DNA from: Hypanus sabinus
Taxonomy: Eukaryota
NCBI RefSeq assembly: GCF_030144855.1
Contig: NC_082722.1
Coordinates: 26,288,001 to 26,352,000, forward strand
Reading direction: 5' to 3'
Length of the DNA: 64,000 nucleotides
Numbering within the stretch: position 1 is the first letter of the stretch; each line of letters starts with the position of its first letter. Below, piece by piece: positions 62,135-64,000 of this stretch. A program made the position numbers and the translations under genes. Under the pieces are notes generated by a model that was not told the origin of the DNA, made no database searches, and saw only the letters and a program-made list of their open reading frames with translations.

Positions 62135-62269
62135 ACACGACATGGTGGAGAAGAAAAGTTGAGATATGCCGCTGTGCAGCTTCCCAAAAATAAAACATCG
62201 GCAGTTAAGCACGGCAACAAGGAGTCAGTGCACGCAGATGAGAAGCTTTCACAAGAAGCAAGAAGCTGA
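62135..62269 (+). CDS. Gene B terminal exon copy 1 with ITIM (LRYAAV), ITSM lost: TRHGGEEKLRYAAVQLPKNKTSAVKHGNKESVHADEKLSQEARS*
   Basis: Acceptor aattacttctacag; phase 0; aligns without gaps through the motifs to the gene A terminal exon; AATAAA at 62443-62448. Confidence 0.82.
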   Translation, partial: TRHGGEEKLRYAAVQLPKNKTSAVKHGNKESVHADEKLSQEARS

Positions 62270-62992
62270 AAATCGAAAGAGGCTTCGGTTCTGTGGACTG
62301 TGAACGAATGCATTCCCAAAGGATTGTTTCCCCTTATCTTCTGCAGGGAGACTAAAGAGCGACGGCTGAAATAATACTGAAGGTTAAGAATATGAAAAGT
62401 GGACATTGTGACATACGGGCGAAATTTCTATCCGACCCTACCAATAAAGATATTTTCAACTACAAAAGAAGGACAGCGATATCCATTTAAAGAGAATCAA
62501 TAATCTGCCCTAGCTCATATACGTCAGCTTGCAGAACAATTATATCGCTGGCTAAATATCATCACAATTTGTGATGTCCTTTTACGATAATTTCCAGTTC
62601 AAGTTAAGCATTAATTCTGGTGAAACAACCACCTGTGAGCTCAGTAGATAAATTAGGTTGCGGAAATCAGACAGAGATAACACAATTATGCGCTTGCATT
62701 GTGAGTCAGAAAAGCATTTAGTAACATTATTTCTCTACTCTCCTAATTAGATTTGCCTAAAATTCATTTTCAGTAAGCAAAGAGACATTCATTTTTCTGT
62801 GAGACAAGACAGGCTCTTACCGTTGAAATTCCATATGAATCAAAAAGGGAAATCTTGAAAAAACGTTAACATAAACCCTGTATAAAGATGTAGTAATCTA
62901 AAATTGATAACTGATGAGTAAATCACTAATTTATTTTACAATCGTTTGATTCAGTTAGTCGCCTAATGCTCGAATTTGAATTATTTTCACAG

Positions 62993-63019
62993 ACTAAAAC
63001 CATGTTGCTCACAAACTGA
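62993..63019 (+). pseudogene. Gene B terminal exon copy 2, frameshifted; encodes only TKTMLLTN* if spliced
   Basis: Acceptor aattattttcacag. Nucleotide homology to 16445-16620, including the upstream intron (tgattcagt.agtc) and 3' UTR. One base shorter before acaaactg, ITIM codons read TSIAL; AATAAA at 63161-63166. Confidence 0.7.
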
Positions 63020-64000
63020 CTAGCATAGCTCTGAAGCTTCACAGTTCAAAGAGCACGTCAGCATGCAAACTTCTACGCAAATATACGCAGATATGCAAGA
63101 AACACATCAAAGAGGCTGTGGAGCTGAGAATGCAGTTGTAATACTGAGCTGTAGACCACCAATAAATGCAAACCCAAGGCATTGCTTCGTTTAATTCCTT
63201 ATGTCCAGACAAAGAATGACAATCGATAACATATATCTGAGTTGGGAAGATAAGAAGTCATTTTCGTCTTCGTCTTCGACATTATTCTGAATCTTTGGAG
63301 CCAATTGACGCTGATAAAAATGTAAGAAACTGAAGGATAGAATCGGTAATAAGTCAGACACCACCATCACGCCTCTCTCTTCTGCCCGGCCATTCAATGT
63401 GATAATATCTGATATGCTCATTCATAATATCCTCCTCTGGCCCATCGCACACTCCCCAATCATTTATAAAAAGGAATTACTTCCAGCAAATACATCCCAA
63501 TGATTCTACCCCAACATTCCTCAGACGGTGAAAAAAAAAACATCCAGAGATTCGCCGCCATTGGCGAGACAAAACTTGGTTAAATTTGAGTAGAAGCCGC
63601 CAATTATAAAAAAAGCTATTCTAGCTCCGCTTACAACCGCTCCACCACTCCAGATTTGTTCGACCTATCACCTGACAGCTACTGTTGCAGACATCCTTCT
63701 CGCATTTATTTATTATCTTCCCTCTACACTCTAATCCCGAGTCGGGATCGCCAAACTTTGACCATTCTCTTGCCTTCACACACATTGTATGGCACATTTA
63801 ATTCATCGAGCAGCTTCTTTTTATTTCAGCCCAAAGAGTTCAGAGACTAGATCGTACTATAAGAGGAAAACAACAAATAAGTGATTGGCATCTCGTAAAC
63901 ATTCACCGAATTGTGCTCCAACCCACAGGAAAACCGATAAATAGGGGTATTGAAATCAGCTGTTAAATTCCATGGGACTGCAGTGTGTATCTTAACTAAA

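Noticed and set aside
61380-62406. Long ORFs (207, 133 and 121 aa) over the last intron of gene B
   Set aside because: No recognisable domain; the similar peptides on both strands are produced by the hairpin, and 62041-62406 is antisense to the real ITIM exon.

Overview
Vertebrate genomic DNA, most likely from a cartilaginous fish (inferred from CR1 LINEs with ctatgttt/accatata-type tails, Penelope-derived repeats and Rex1-like LINEs). Most of the window is retroelement and DNA-transposon debris: CR1, Rex1/Babar-like, Penelope, Ty3/Gypsy including a chromovirus with both LTRs and a TSD, a hAT/Buster remnant, and MITEs. Between these lie two tandem, same-strand paralogues of an Ig-superfamily receptor gene, reconstructed by hand from splice signals and exon-by-exon homology. 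Gene A has only its TM exon and three cytoplasmic exons in the window (5791-16576); its TM carries Arg and Glu and its tail has an ITIM (LTYAVL) and an ITSM (TLYADV). Gene B is complete (55209-63019): leader, a germline-joined VJ-type V exon, a C1-set exon, TM and cytoplasmic exons. This is the V(J)-C1 architecture of an antigen-receptor chain in non-rearranging form. In gene B two signalling tyrosines are His, one splice donor reads CT instead of GT, and the terminal ITIM exon is duplicated (one intact copy, one frameshifted, each followed by AATAAA). A 313-bp hairpin sits just upstream of the intact copy. Between the genes, an old ~10-kb segmental duplication repeats gene-flanking sequence without any recognisable exons, and a 200-N assembly gap lies at its junction. 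No expression evidence is available; gene models and percent identities are by-eye.
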